A stretch of DNA of 64,000 nucleotides, from contig CAZKPK010000001.1 in the NCBI GenBank assembly GCA_964554645.1, forward strand, positions 3,697-67,696, read 5' to 3'. Below are positions 55,762 through 64,000 of this stretch, piece after piece (within the stretch, counting starts at the first letter, position 1; each line of letters begins with the position of its first letter). The notes below the pieces were generated by a model that was given only the letters and a program-made list of their open reading frames with translations, was not told where the DNA came from and made no database searches. The translations under genes and the position numbers were made by a program. This DNA is from an uncultured Candidatus Saccharibacteria bacterium (GTDB lineage Bacteria; Patescibacteriota; Minisyncoccia; Phycocordibacterales; UBA9973).

Positions 55762-57579
55762 ATGTCCTCATCAGTTGACCAAATTAAATCACGAATAGAC
55801 ATCCTCTCGCTTGTAAGCTCTTATATCAAGCTAGATAAGGCAGGAGCGAGTTGGAAAGCCAAATGTCCGTTTCATAATGAAAAAACACCCTCATTTTTTG
55901 TCTCGCCGGAACGGGGGAGTTATTATTGTTTTGGTTGCGAGGCTTCGGGAGACATTTTCACTTTTGTGGAAGAATTTGAAGGGTTGGATTTTAAGGGCGC
56001 TCTGAAACTTTTAGCAGATCGCGCAGGAGTGGTGCTTGAAGTTTACAGTCAGGAAAAGAAAGAAGTAGGTGAATTGATTTTTTTGGAGAAAGAAAAATTA
56101 TATCGAGTGATGGAAGAAACCACGAAGTTTTTTGAAAATAATTTTCCGCCCAAGGCGGATCAGCCTCGAGCTGAAAAGGAAATAAAAGAAGCATTAGAGT
56201 ATCTGAAATCGCGTGGTTTAACCGATAAAACTATCAAAGATTTTAGAATAGGTTATGCCATTCTTGATTGGCGAACACTTTATGATTACCTAAAGTCTAA
56301 GAATTTTTCTGATGAAGAAATAGAGCTTGCCGGATTGGCCAAGAAACCGGAAGACAAGACAAAAGCAATGTATGACCGCTTTCGCGGACGCATAATGTTC
56401 CCAATTTCCGATTCCAGTGGCCGGATTATTGCTTTTTCGGGAAGAATTCTGATTGATGATGGAAAATCGGCGAAGTATTTAAATAGTCCGGAAACCCCGA
56501 TATTTAATAAATCTTCCGTGCTTTTTGGCATAGATAAAGCAAAAGATTCCATCCGCAAAAATAACTTTTCCATTTTAGTTGAAGGGCAGATGGATTTAGT
56601 TTTATCGCATCAGGTCGGTTTTAAAAATACTGTTGCATCTTCTGGCACGGCGATGAATGATTCGATAATATCTAAAGAGAACATTATAAATAATTTAGGG
56701 CTTGTTTGCAGATTATCTAAAAATATCGTTCTGGCTTACGATGCTGACAAAGCGGGAGTGAATGCTTCCAATCGTTTTGCAAAAATCGCATTATCTTTAG
56801 GGATGGATGTGAAAGTGGCCAGTATGAGAGAGGGTGTCGATCCAGCCGATATTATCTCCAAAGAGGGTAAAGATGCGTGGCATCAAGCAATCCGAGATTC
56901 AAAACATTTTATTCCATTTATGCTAGAGCGAATCTTGAAAGATGCATCTGGTGATGGAAGAAAAGTGGGCAGAGGAATTCAAGAACGTCTTTTGCCTTTT
57001 CTGAAGGATTTAGACAGCGCGATGGAAAAATCCCATTTTATCAAACTTATTAGCGATAAATCCGGCATAGCTGAAAAAGCTCTAATGGAGGATTTGCAGA
57101 AAGTAGAGTCAGAATTGAAATATGAAACAGAAGAAATCAAAATCGCGAAAGAAAATGTGGACAAAAAATTGAGAAAAGATCCGATTGAACGCAGACTGCT
57201 GGGAATAGCTTTTTGGCAGGAAAGTGTTAAAAGTAAGATCGTAGATCCAGAAATCATTTTTGCGAAACTAGGTAAAGTGAAGGAATATTATAAAGACAAA
57301 AAAGAAGATTTAATTTTCGAAGCGGAAGCTTTTTATTCCAATAGCGAAAACTTACAAAAAGATGTGCGAGAGATGCTACTTTCGATTGAAGAAGAATATC
57401 TTAATGAGGAGCTTGTTAAGAAAATGATAGAACTTAAAAATCTGAAAGATGAAAAGGCTAAATCCAATGTAATTGGATCGCCCGACACTTCAGCAAAAGT
57501 GTTTAGGGACGAAGCAGAAATTTTAAAAAGAATAAATGAAATAAATAAGAGGAAAGAAGAAATTAAAAATAGTCGCTAA
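55762..57579 (+). CDS. dnaG: DNA primase
   Basis: 605 aa; Zn ribbon [45 protein letters not shown]. Confidence 0.96.
   Translation: MSSSVDQIKSRIDILSLVSSYIKLDKAGASWKAKCPFHNEKTPSFFVSPERGSYYCFGCEASGDIFTFVEEFEGLDFKGALKLLADRAGVVLEVYSQEKKEVGELIFLEKEKLYRVMEETTKFFENNFPPKADQPRAEKEIKEALEYLKSRGLTDKTIKDFRIGYAILDWRTLYDYLKSKNFSDEEIELAGLAKKPEDKTKAMYDRFRGRIMFPISDSSGRIIAFSGRILIDDGKSAKYLNSPETPIFNKSSVLFGIDKAKDSIRKNNFSILVEGQMDLVLSHQVGFKNTVASSGTAMNDSIISKENIINNLGLVCRLSKNIVLAYDADKAGVNASNRFAKIALSLGMDVKVASMREGVDPADIISKEGKDAWHQAIRDSKHFIPFMLERILKDASGDGRKVGRGIQERLLPFLKDLDSAMEKSHFIKLISDKSGIAEKALMEDLQKVESELKYETEEIKIAKENVDKKLRKDPIERRLLGIAFWQESVKSKIVDPEIIFAKLGKVKEYYKDKKEDLIFEAEAFYSNSENLQKDVREMLLSIEEEYLNEELVKKMIELKNLKDEKAKSNVIGSPDTSAKVFRDEAEILKRINEINKRKEEIKNSR
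56146..56173 (+). repeat. family D double hairpin inside dnaG
   Basis: CCGCC-CAA-GGCGG-AT-CAGCC-TCG-AGCTG; translated [10 protein letters not shown]. Confidence 0.8.
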
Positions 57580-57583
57580 AAAA

Positions 57584-58762
57584 ATGAAAAAAAAGAAAAT
57601 AAAAAAAGTAAATAAGAAGAAAACTATCAAGAAAATAAAAAAGTCCCGACCGAAAGCGTCGGGAAAAAAAGTTGCGAAATTATCTTCTCTAGAAAAAAAA
57701 GCGGAAAATTTGACTCGTATTTCAGATGAGCTTATAGAAAAAGGGCGCAAAAGGGGATTTATTACTTATGATGAAATATTAAAAACTTTTCCTGATGTTG
57801 AAAATAATATTTTATTTCTCGACGAGCTTTATGAGAAATTTGCGATTGCCGGCATTGATGTGTTGGAGGGGGGGAATTTACTCAATCTTAATGTGGATTT
57901 AGCCGATAAAGATTTGGGAAAGTCTGGTATGTATGATTCGATCCAAATGTATCTGAAGGAAATAGGCCAATATCCGCTGATTCACGCGAGTGACGAAAAA
58001 GAACTTGCCAAACGCATTGAACATGGCGATGAAGAAGCAAAAAATCTGCTGGCTCGCGCAAACTTGCGTCTGGTGGTTTCCATTGCCAAAAAATATGTCG
58101 GAAGATCTGCCAATTTAACTCTTCTTGATCTGATTCAGGAAGGCAATTTAGGCCTATTCAAGGCAGTGGAAAAATTTGATTGGACTAAAGGATACAAATT
58201 TTCCACTTACGCGACTTGGTGGATTCGCCAGTCTATTACTCGCGCGTTGGCGGATCAATCCCGCACCATCCGCATACCGGTTCATATGGTGGAAACAATT
58301 TCCAAATATAAGCAAACGCACCGTCGGCTTTCTCAGGATTTGGGCCGGGAACCATTAGCCGAAGAAATTGCCACCGAAATGGGTATTCCAGTGGAAAAAA
58401 TTCACATAATTGAAAATATTAGCCAAGAAACTGTCTCTTTAGAACAGCCAGTCGGGGATGATGACGACAAATCAACTCTCGAAAATTTTATTCCGGATGA
58501 TAAAATCTTGCGCCCAGATCAAGAATCTTCACGCCGGATTCTTTCCGACCAAATTCGCGAAGTTTTAAGTGAACTCAATCCCAAAGAGCGTAAAATACTT
58601 GAAATGCGTTACGGACTTCTTGACGGCATCCAACACACTCTTGAACGGGTAGGAGAAGAATTTGGCGTGACGCGCGAGCGTATCCGCCAAATTGAAGCGA
58701 AAGTTCACGAAAAACTTCGCCAGCATGACAAAATTGCGAGGTTGAAAAACTATTTTGACTAG
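57584..58762 (+). CDS. rpoD: RNA polymerase primary sigma factor (sigma-70)
   Basis: 392 aa; Lys-rich N-terminus; region 2 [13 protein letters not shown]; region 4 [11 protein letters not shown]. Confidence 0.96.
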   Translation: MKKKKIKKVNKKKTIKKIKKSRPKASGKKVAKLSSLEKKAENLTRISDELIEKGRKRGFITYDEILKTFPDVENNILFLDELYEKFAIAGIDVLEGGNLLNLNVDLADKDLGKSGMYDSIQMYLKEIGQYPLIHASDEKELAKRIEHGDEEAKNLLARANLRLVVSIAKKYVGRSANLTLLDLIQEGNLGLFKAVEKFDWTKGYKFSTYATWWIRQSITRALADQSRTIRIPVHMVETISKYKQTHRRLSQDLGREPLAEEIATEMGIPVEKIHIIENISQETVSLEQPVGDDDDKSTLENFIPDDKILRPDQESSRRILSDQIREVLSELNPKERKILEMRYGLLDGIQHTLERVGEEFGVTRERIRQIEAKVHEKLRQHDKIARLKNYFD

Positions 58763-58788
58763 TTAAACTAGATAACAAAATCATTCAA

Positions 58789-59316
58789 ATGATAAAACTT
58801 ATTTTAATAGTTGGATTAATTGTAAATTATGTACCTAAATTTAGACTTAGTGTTTTTAAACAATTAAAATCTTTAAGAAAGATTTCGTTGATACTTTTTG
58901 AAATCATAATACCTTTGGTAGCCATAATTCAATTATATTTATTAAATCCAAAAAATAATTTCATTACATATATGGGAATTATAATTTTTTCTATTGGAAT
59001 TGTATTAGGAACAATCGCTCGTTTACAGCTACGAGAAAATTATCTACCCATCTTAGCCACAAGTCCTTCAAGCAGAATTATTACTAACGGTATTTATGCA
59101 TATATCAGACATCCGATTTACTTTGGTACGATATTAACTATCATGGGTTTTGAATTAGTTCTCTTTCCTTTTCTGTCTTTAATGATTTTAATCATAATTC
59201 CAATACTTGTTTGGCAAATTAACAAAGAAGAAAAGCTTCTTTTTAAACATCTCAAAAAAGAATGGGAAATATATATTTTAAGAACTCCTTTTAAATTAAT
59301 ACCTTTTGTATATTAA
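58789..59316 (+). CDS. isoprenylcysteine carboxyl methyltransferase (ICMT)-family membrane protein
   Basis: 175 aa; GIYAYIRHPIYFGTIL, multi-TM. Confidence 0.75.
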   Translation: MIKLILIVGLIVNYVPKFRLSVFKQLKSLRKISLILFEIIIPLVAIIQLYLLNPKNNFITYMGIIIFSIGIVLGTIARLQLRENYLPILATSPSSRIITNGIYAYIRHPIYFGTILTIMGFELVLFPFLSLMILIIIPILVWQINKEEKLLFKHLKKEWEIYILRTPFKLIPFVY

Positions 59317-59551
59317 CAACCAAAACAACAGCTAGATTTTACTTAGCCAAAAGGTTAAATTTTTTTACAGCTTAAAATAAATTTTTAAGACCCTTTTTTA
59401 CTTTACTTAAATTTTTAGCATCCAATTTTTTTTATGTCTATTTGTTTATGCTTGATATCTTTAACCGAATAAATTTCCGGTTCATCAGCTAAAAAATCAA
59501 AACTCTTTGAATATGCGTTTATATTCGTTATTAATGAAAAGACGCGTTAAA

Positions 59552-59596
59552 ATTCCCCTCTTGAGGGGTGGCTCGGTAATCCGAGACGGGGTGGAT
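59552..59596 (-). repeat. family A repeat unit directly after dsbA-like stop
   Basis: ATTCCCCTCTTGAGGGGTGG-CTCGGTAATCCGAG-ACGGGGTGGAT. Confidence 0.9.
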
Positions 59597-59601
59597 GTAT
59601 T

Positions 59602-60330
59602 TTATTTCAACGCATTATCAATTTTTGGTTTTACCATTGTCCAAGATTCAGCGCCGTCGATGGTGGCGACAATTTTGCCGTTTTTCAAAATAAATCCTTT
59701 CGGGGTGCCTGTGACCCCCGCAGTCGTTCCTTCTTTTTTAGAATCAGCCACGGCTTGCGCGTATTTACTTTGATCTAAACACTGGTCAAACTGAACAACA
59801 TTTAATCCCAAATTTTTGGCAAAATATTTTAAATTCGGATCAGAAAAATTTCCCTTGTTTTCTCCATTTTGGTGAGTATAGAGATAATCATGATATTCCC
59901 AGAATTTACCCTGATCTCCAGCGCATCTCGCAGCCTCGGCTGATCTTACGGATTCCGGTCCCAAAAACGCGAAGTCTCGATACACAAATTGCACATTCCC
60001 GTTTTTTACATAATCATTAATACCAATCATAAACGGAGTCCAGCTTGGATCGATTTGTTTTAAGTATTTAATAACATCTGTATCAGACACTAAACCGGAA
60101 ACTGCTCCACAGAAAGGGCATTGAAAATCTTCATATAAAATAAGCGCAACCTTCGCATTTGAATTTCCAAGCACTCGATCTTCTTTTTCAACTGGGGCTA
60201 AAGATGTTATAGAAACCCCATTATCTACCGGATTCTGCGCCCCGCTGTCTTTTAGCAGAATCGCTCCGGCTATAATGATTCCGGCTACAATTATTGCTCC
60301 GGCTATTTGTTTTTGGTTGTCATTTTGCAT
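59602..60330 (-). CDS. DsbA-family thiol:disulfide oxidoreductase, membrane anchored
   Basis: 242 aa; N-terminal TM, YEDFQCPFCG active site, GVTGTPKGFIL cis-Pro loop. Confidence 0.88.
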   Translation of the reverse strand: MQNDNQKQIAGAIIVAGIIIAGAILLKDSGAQNPVDNGVSITSLAPVEKEDRVLGNSNAKVALILYEDFQCPFCGAVSGLVSDTDVIKYLKQIDPSWTPFMIGINDYVKNGNVQFVYRDFAFLGPESVRSAEAARCAGDQGKFWEYHDYLYTHQNGENKGNFSDPNLKYFAKNLGLNVVQFDQCLDQSKYAQAVADSKKEGTTAGVTGTPKGFILKNGKIVATIDGAESWTMVKPKIDNALK

Positions 60331-60336
60331 TTGCGC

Positions 60337-60345
60337 ATTATAGCA
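60337..60345 (-). promoter_or_regulatory. extended -10 (TGcTATAAT) 6 nt upstream of dsbA-like ATG
   Basis: Minus strand reads TGCTATAAT-gcgcaa-ATG. Confidence 0.45.
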
Positions 60346-60434
60346 TTGTTTTTAAAAATGTGCTATATTAAGGACATTAAAATTATTGTCTGATAGTCGT
60401 TCGGACAAATTATTTATTATTAATTTTAAAATGT

Positions 60435-60728
60435 ATGTGTAATTCAATAAATGGTTGTTGCAAGGGTGGCTGCACTTCATCTTTGATTGGTAAAATCTTG
60501 CTAATCGTTGGAGGCGTCAACTGGGGTCTGGTTGGTGTTGGAATGTTGCTAGGTAGCAATTGGAATGTCATTAACCTGATTTTAGGATCCATTCCAACTC
60601 TTGAGGCTGTAGTTTACTTATTGGTAGGTATCGCAGCTGTCATGAATATTTTTGGCTGCAAATGCAAGAAATGCGTGGAGGCATGCGCTTCATGTGGCTC
60701 TGGCAATAAATCAGAAGGAGCTATGTAG
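60435..60728 (+). CDS. DUF378 membrane protein with Cys-rich termini
   Basis: 97 aa; GGVNWGLVG DUF378 signature; N-term CNSINGCCKGGC, C-term GCKCKKCVEACASCG. Confidence 0.7.
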   Translation: MCNSINGCCKGGCTSSLIGKILLIVGGVNWGLVGVGMLLGSNWNVINLILGSIPTLEAVVYLLVGIAAVMNIFGCKCKKCVEACASCGSGNKSEGAM

Positions 60729-60761
60729 TTCATTTTTTCTATTGAATTTTTTTTCAAAAAA

Positions 60762-60785
60762 GTCCCTATTTTAGGGGCTTTTTCG
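60762..60785 (+). terminator. rho-independent terminator
   Basis: GTCCCTA-TTT-TAGGGGC + TTTTT. Confidence 0.7.
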
Positions 60786-60825
60786 TTGCCTAAGGGCTTA
60801 TTTTAATGTATATTTAAATTCTCGC

Positions 60826-62364
60826 ATGAATTTTAAAAATAGCATATATTATCAAGTGGGCAGGGCAAGCGATCTTGCTGACGCAGACCGTTTTATATAT
60901 AGAATTTTAGAAATAATTCCTGGTTTTTTAGCATGGTTTACCATCATCGGTGTTTTTCTGTTATCTTTTTACGCGCCATTTTATTCCGCTATTTTTATTA
61001 TTGTTTTTGATATTTATTGGATTCTAAAAACAATTTACCTTTCTATCTTTCTAAGGCAAAATTGGAAAAAAACAAAATATAATTTGTCTATAAATTGGAA
61101 ACAAAAACTTTCTAATTTGAAATATAATAGGGTGTATCATTTAATCTTGTTGCCTTTTTATAATGAATCATATGAAATCATCCAAAAAAGTATCACTTCG
61201 CTTGTTTTGTCCGAATACGATAAGAAAAAATTCATTGTCATTATTGCGGGTGAGGAAAGGAATAGGGCACATTACGAAAATACAAAACAAAAAATAGAAA
61301 AAGAATTTCCTAATATTTTTGGTAATATACTGTTTACCATGCATCCGAGCAATGTTCCGGGTGAAATGCCAGGCAAGGGATCCAATATTTCATATGCGAT
61401 AGATATGGCTCGAGTGAAGATTCTAGATACACTGAAAATAAAATATGAGGATGTGCTGGTTTCCGCTTTTGATATTGATACTGTCATATATCCGCAATAT
61501 TTTGAATGCTTGACTTGGTATTTTTTGACCACAGAGGATCCATTAAAATCTTCTTTCCAACCTATTCCAGTTTTTAATAATAATATATGGGAATCTCCAG
61601 CTTTTTCCCGAGTAGTGGCTTTTTCTGCTACATTTTGGCAGATGATTCAACAAGAAAGACCGAAAAGATTGACCACCTTTTCTTCTCACTCAGTATGTTT
61701 TAAAACATTATATGATGCTGGTTATTGGCAAAAAAATGTGGTTTCGGAGGATTCTAGAATATTTTGGAATTTACTTTTGGCGCATGATGGAGATCACAAA
61801 GTAGTTCCTCTGTGTTATCCAATATCTATGGATGCAAATTTAGCCCATAACTTTTGGCATACTACTAAAAATGTTTACAAACAACAAAGGAGATGGGCTT
61901 GGGGCGTGGAAAATGGTCCGTATGTTTGGTTTGGTTTTTTAAAGAATAGAAATATTTCAATAATTAAAAAGATTAGATTCACTTTTATTTTATTAGAAGG
62001 CTATTGGTCTTTGTCAACTAATCCCTTGATACTTTTTTTTCTTGGATGGCTTCCAGTTATTTTAGGCGGAAGAGTTTTTAATAGCACTATTCTTTCATAT
62101 AATCTGCCTTTATTTACCAAAGTTCTTATGACTATATCAATGAGTGGTTTATTTTTATGTGTCCTGATTTCTATGAGTTTTCTTCCAAAACCTCCCCAAG
62201 GGTATGGTAGACTTAATAAATTATCAATGATTGTCCAATGGATTATGATACCTGTTACGATTATATTATTTGGCGCACTGCCCGGATTGGATGCTCAAAC
62301 AAGGCTTTTGCTGGGTAAGTATATGGGTTTTTGGGTTACGCCGAAATATAGAAAGATAAAATGA
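60826..62364 (+). CDS. family 2 glycosyltransferase, membrane-integrated (processive-type QxxRW)
   Basis: 512 aa; LLPFYNES, FDIDT (DxD), QQRRWAWG, multiple TM helices. Confidence 0.8.
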   Translation: MNFKNSIYYQVGRASDLADADRFIYRILEIIPGFLAWFTIIGVFLLSFYAPFYSAIFIIVFDIYWILKTIYLSIFLRQNWKKTKYNLSINWKQKLSNLKYNRVYHLILLPFYNESYEIIQKSITSLVLSEYDKKKFIVIIAGEERNRAHYENTKQKIEKEFPNIFGNILFTMHPSNVPGEMPGKGSNISYAIDMARVKILDTLKIKYEDVLVSAFDIDTVIYPQYFECLTWYFLTTEDPLKSSFQPIPVFNNNIWESPAFSRVVAFSATFWQMIQQERPKRLTTFSSHSVCFKTLYDAGYWQKNVVSEDSRIFWNLLLAHDGDHKVVPLCYPISMDANLAHNFWHTTKNVYKQQRRWAWGVENGPYVWFGFLKNRNISIIKKIRFTFILLEGYWSLSTNPLILFFLGWLPVILGGRVFNSTILSYNLPLFTKVLMTISMSGLFLCVLISMSFLPKPPQGYGRLNKLSMIVQWIMIPVTIILFGALPGLDAQTRLLLGKYMGFWVTPKYRKIK

Positions 62365-63257
62365 TTATGATTAAAAAATACACCAAATTAGCTATATTTT
62401 GTCTCGCTTTTATTGTCATTTCTCCGATTATTGTTTTATATGCCAAAGGAGATATTTTTACCAGTGGTTGGAATATATTAAAAACCGGAGGAATATATAT
62501 AACTAGTGCTCCTATTGGGTCTGAAATTTTTATCAATTCCCAACTAAAAGGTTTAACCAGTTTTTTCTCTAGGAATGTTCTGATTAAAAGCTTGAGACCG
62601 AATACTTATGAGGTGTTGGTAAAAAAGGAAGGCTATAACGCTTGGACCAATAAAATAAAAGTTTCTGATAATTTTGTTTCTGATGCTAATGTTTTTATGT
62701 TGCCGACCGAGATTAAGTTAGAGGAAATAAAAAAATTTGATCTTACTCAAAAAGATAGTGAAAAAATAACTATACCCGCGTCAGTTAAAAATAAAGAGTA
62801 TGAAGATGTCAATCTGGTTTTTTCCAGTCCATCAGTTTTGACACAAAAAACTTCAGCAAACACTACTCCTAAAATTGATTTTAAGGGCAATTTAGGAACA
62901 AAAAATTCGCCGATTATGGATGGCAAACTGGGTGTGTGGCGAGAGGGTGGTGAAGTGTTTGTGGCTTGGTTTGGCAGAAACGATACGGCGCCGAAATATC
63001 TCTGCCGAGAGTCCGATTGCATGCAGACGATAAGCGTATTTAATTTCGGAAAGCCAGTGCGTAACATTAATTTTTTTCCGGAATATGATGGTGTTATAAT
63101 TGTTGCTCTAGAAAATAAAATAGAAGCTTTTCAGGCAGATCCGCATATTACGAAATTATTCCAAAAAATATATGTTGGCCAAAGTCCTGATTTCAGGATT
63201 ATTGATGAAGTTTTGTATATAAAAGATAGAGATTTTATCGCGAAGGTGACTTTATAA
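62361..63257 (+). CDS. PEGA-domain protein, membrane anchored
   Basis: 298 aa; N-terminal TM; ITSAPIGSEIFINSQLKG..TYEVLVKKEGYNAW; ATGA overlap with the GT2 gene. Confidence 0.7.
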   Translation: MIMIKKYTKLAIFCLAFIVISPIIVLYAKGDIFTSGWNILKTGGIYITSAPIGSEIFINSQLKGLTSFFSRNVLIKSLRPNTYEVLVKKEGYNAWTNKIKVSDNFVSDANVFMLPTEIKLEEIKKFDLTQKDSEKITIPASVKNKEYEDVNLVFSSPSVLTQKTSANTTPKIDFKGNLGTKNSPIMDGKLGVWREGGEVFVAWFGRNDTAPKYLCRESDCMQTISVFNFGKPVRNINFFPEYDGVIIVALENKIEAFQADPHITKLFQKIYVGQSPDFRIIDEVLYIKDRDFIAKVTL

Positions 63258-63273
63258 ATTATGAATAATTAAA

Positions 63274-64000
63274 ATGTTGTCGAATCGAAAATTGAAGCAA
63301 AAAGAATTATTTGTCTTTGATCTGGATGGTACAATTATCGAGACAAAGTCGCCGATGGAGCCGGAGATGTCCAAGCTCATAACTCGGTTGATTAAGACAA
63401 AGAAAGTGGCCATTATAGGCGGAGGCAAATACTCCGTTTTTCAAGAACTGTTTGTGTGCAAACTTAAATGCAAGCAAGAGCTTTTTAAAAATCTTTTCCT
63501 GTTTCCCGCCACTTCCACTATCTTTTATAAATATCACCATGGATGGAAAAAAATCTATGCCCTACATCTTTCCTCTGGTGAAATAAAAAAAATTAAACAA
63601 GCATTCCAGGATGTATTTAAGGAAATTGGGTATAAGCACCCCAAAAAAACTTATGGAAAAATCATTGAAGATCGAGGTACCCAGGTATCTTTTTCGATAT
63701 ACGGGCAAGATTTGGTCAAAGTGCTGGGGAGAAAGGGGGTGCGGATGAAAAAAGAATGGCTGAAAAAAAACCTGAAATTAAAAATGAAAATTGCCAGATT
63801 GGTGGGGAAGAAGCTTCCCGGCCTAGAAGTTCGGGCAGCGGGGTTTACGACGATAGATGTGACTAGGCGTGGAATCGACAAGGCTTATGGTATACATCAA
63901 ATTGAGAAACATTTGAGAATTCCGATTAGAAAAATGTTTTTCATTGGAGATGGGATTTTTCCCGGGGGAAATGATTATGCCATTGTTAAAACTGGGATAG
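63274..64000 (+). CDS. HAD-IIB family hydrolase (phosphomannomutase-like), 3'-truncated by window end
   Basis: My translation: MLSNRKLKQKELFVFDLDGTIIE.. (DxDGT), GIDKAYGI, FIGDGIFPGGNDY; open to position 64000; not in the ORF track because no stop lies in the window. Confidence 0.8.
   Translation, partial: MLSNRKLKQKELFVFDLDGTIIETKSPMEPEMSKLITRLIKTKKVAIIGGGKYSVFQELFVCKLKCKQELFKNLFLFPATSTIFYKYHHGWKKIYALHLSSGEIKKIKQAFQDVFKEIGYKHPKKTYGKIIEDRGTQVSFSIYGQDLVKVLGRKGVRMKKEWLKKNLKLKMKIARLVGKKLPGLEVRAAGFTTIDVTRRGIDKAYGIHQIEKHLRIPIRKMFFIGDGIFPGGNDYAIVKTGI

Overview
AT-rich, gene-dense bacterial chromosome segment with about 60 CDS, one tRNA, and no rRNA or CRISPR. It uses the standard code, since TGA terminates conserved ORFs. 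Gene content and minimised protein architectures suggest a Patescibacteria/CPR (Parcubacteria-like) genome; this is inference only. Layout, left to right: (1) a minus-strand copper cluster, copA plus small membrane proteins and a CxxxC thioredoxin-fold protein, behind a CsoR-type operator. (2) An ATP-grasp gene, dedA and comFC. (3) A large type IV pilus/competence supercluster: pilM, pilN/O-like, pilB, receiver, pilT, pilC, major pilin, pilD and four minor pilins. An accessory insertion and an MNT/HepT module interrupt it. (4) Housekeeping genes: ligA, tRNA-Ser, sufS-like, DsbA-like, UvrD-type helicase-nuclease, pheS/pheT, gyrB, maf, a RAYT-like Y1 transposase, thrS, rpmF, nusB-NUDIX fusion, rnc, smc, rnr, rpsP-KH-trmD, rpoB/rpoC, dnaG-rpoD. 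Three RelE/YafQ-type TA pairs are scattered among them. (5) Envelope genes: ICMT-like, DsbA, DUF378, GT2, PEGA, HAD. The standout feature is several families of short GC-rich hairpin repeats. They sit after stop codons in intergenic DNA and are also inserted in frame inside essential genes (ligA, pheT, rpoC, dnaG, smc, pilD), which recalls Rickettsia palindromic elements. Two families flank candidate mobilising genes: a 21-nt palindrome flanks, and has invaded, a RAYT-like transposase, and a bipartite hairpin repeat brackets a DUF559 endonuclease gene as inverted doublets. Other notable items are 7-nt-phased CTAG arrays starting at stop codons, an SMC whose hinge appears replaced by a Rad50-like CxxC hook, and a recurrent TGnTATAAT-N6/7-ATG (leaderless-like) start architecture.
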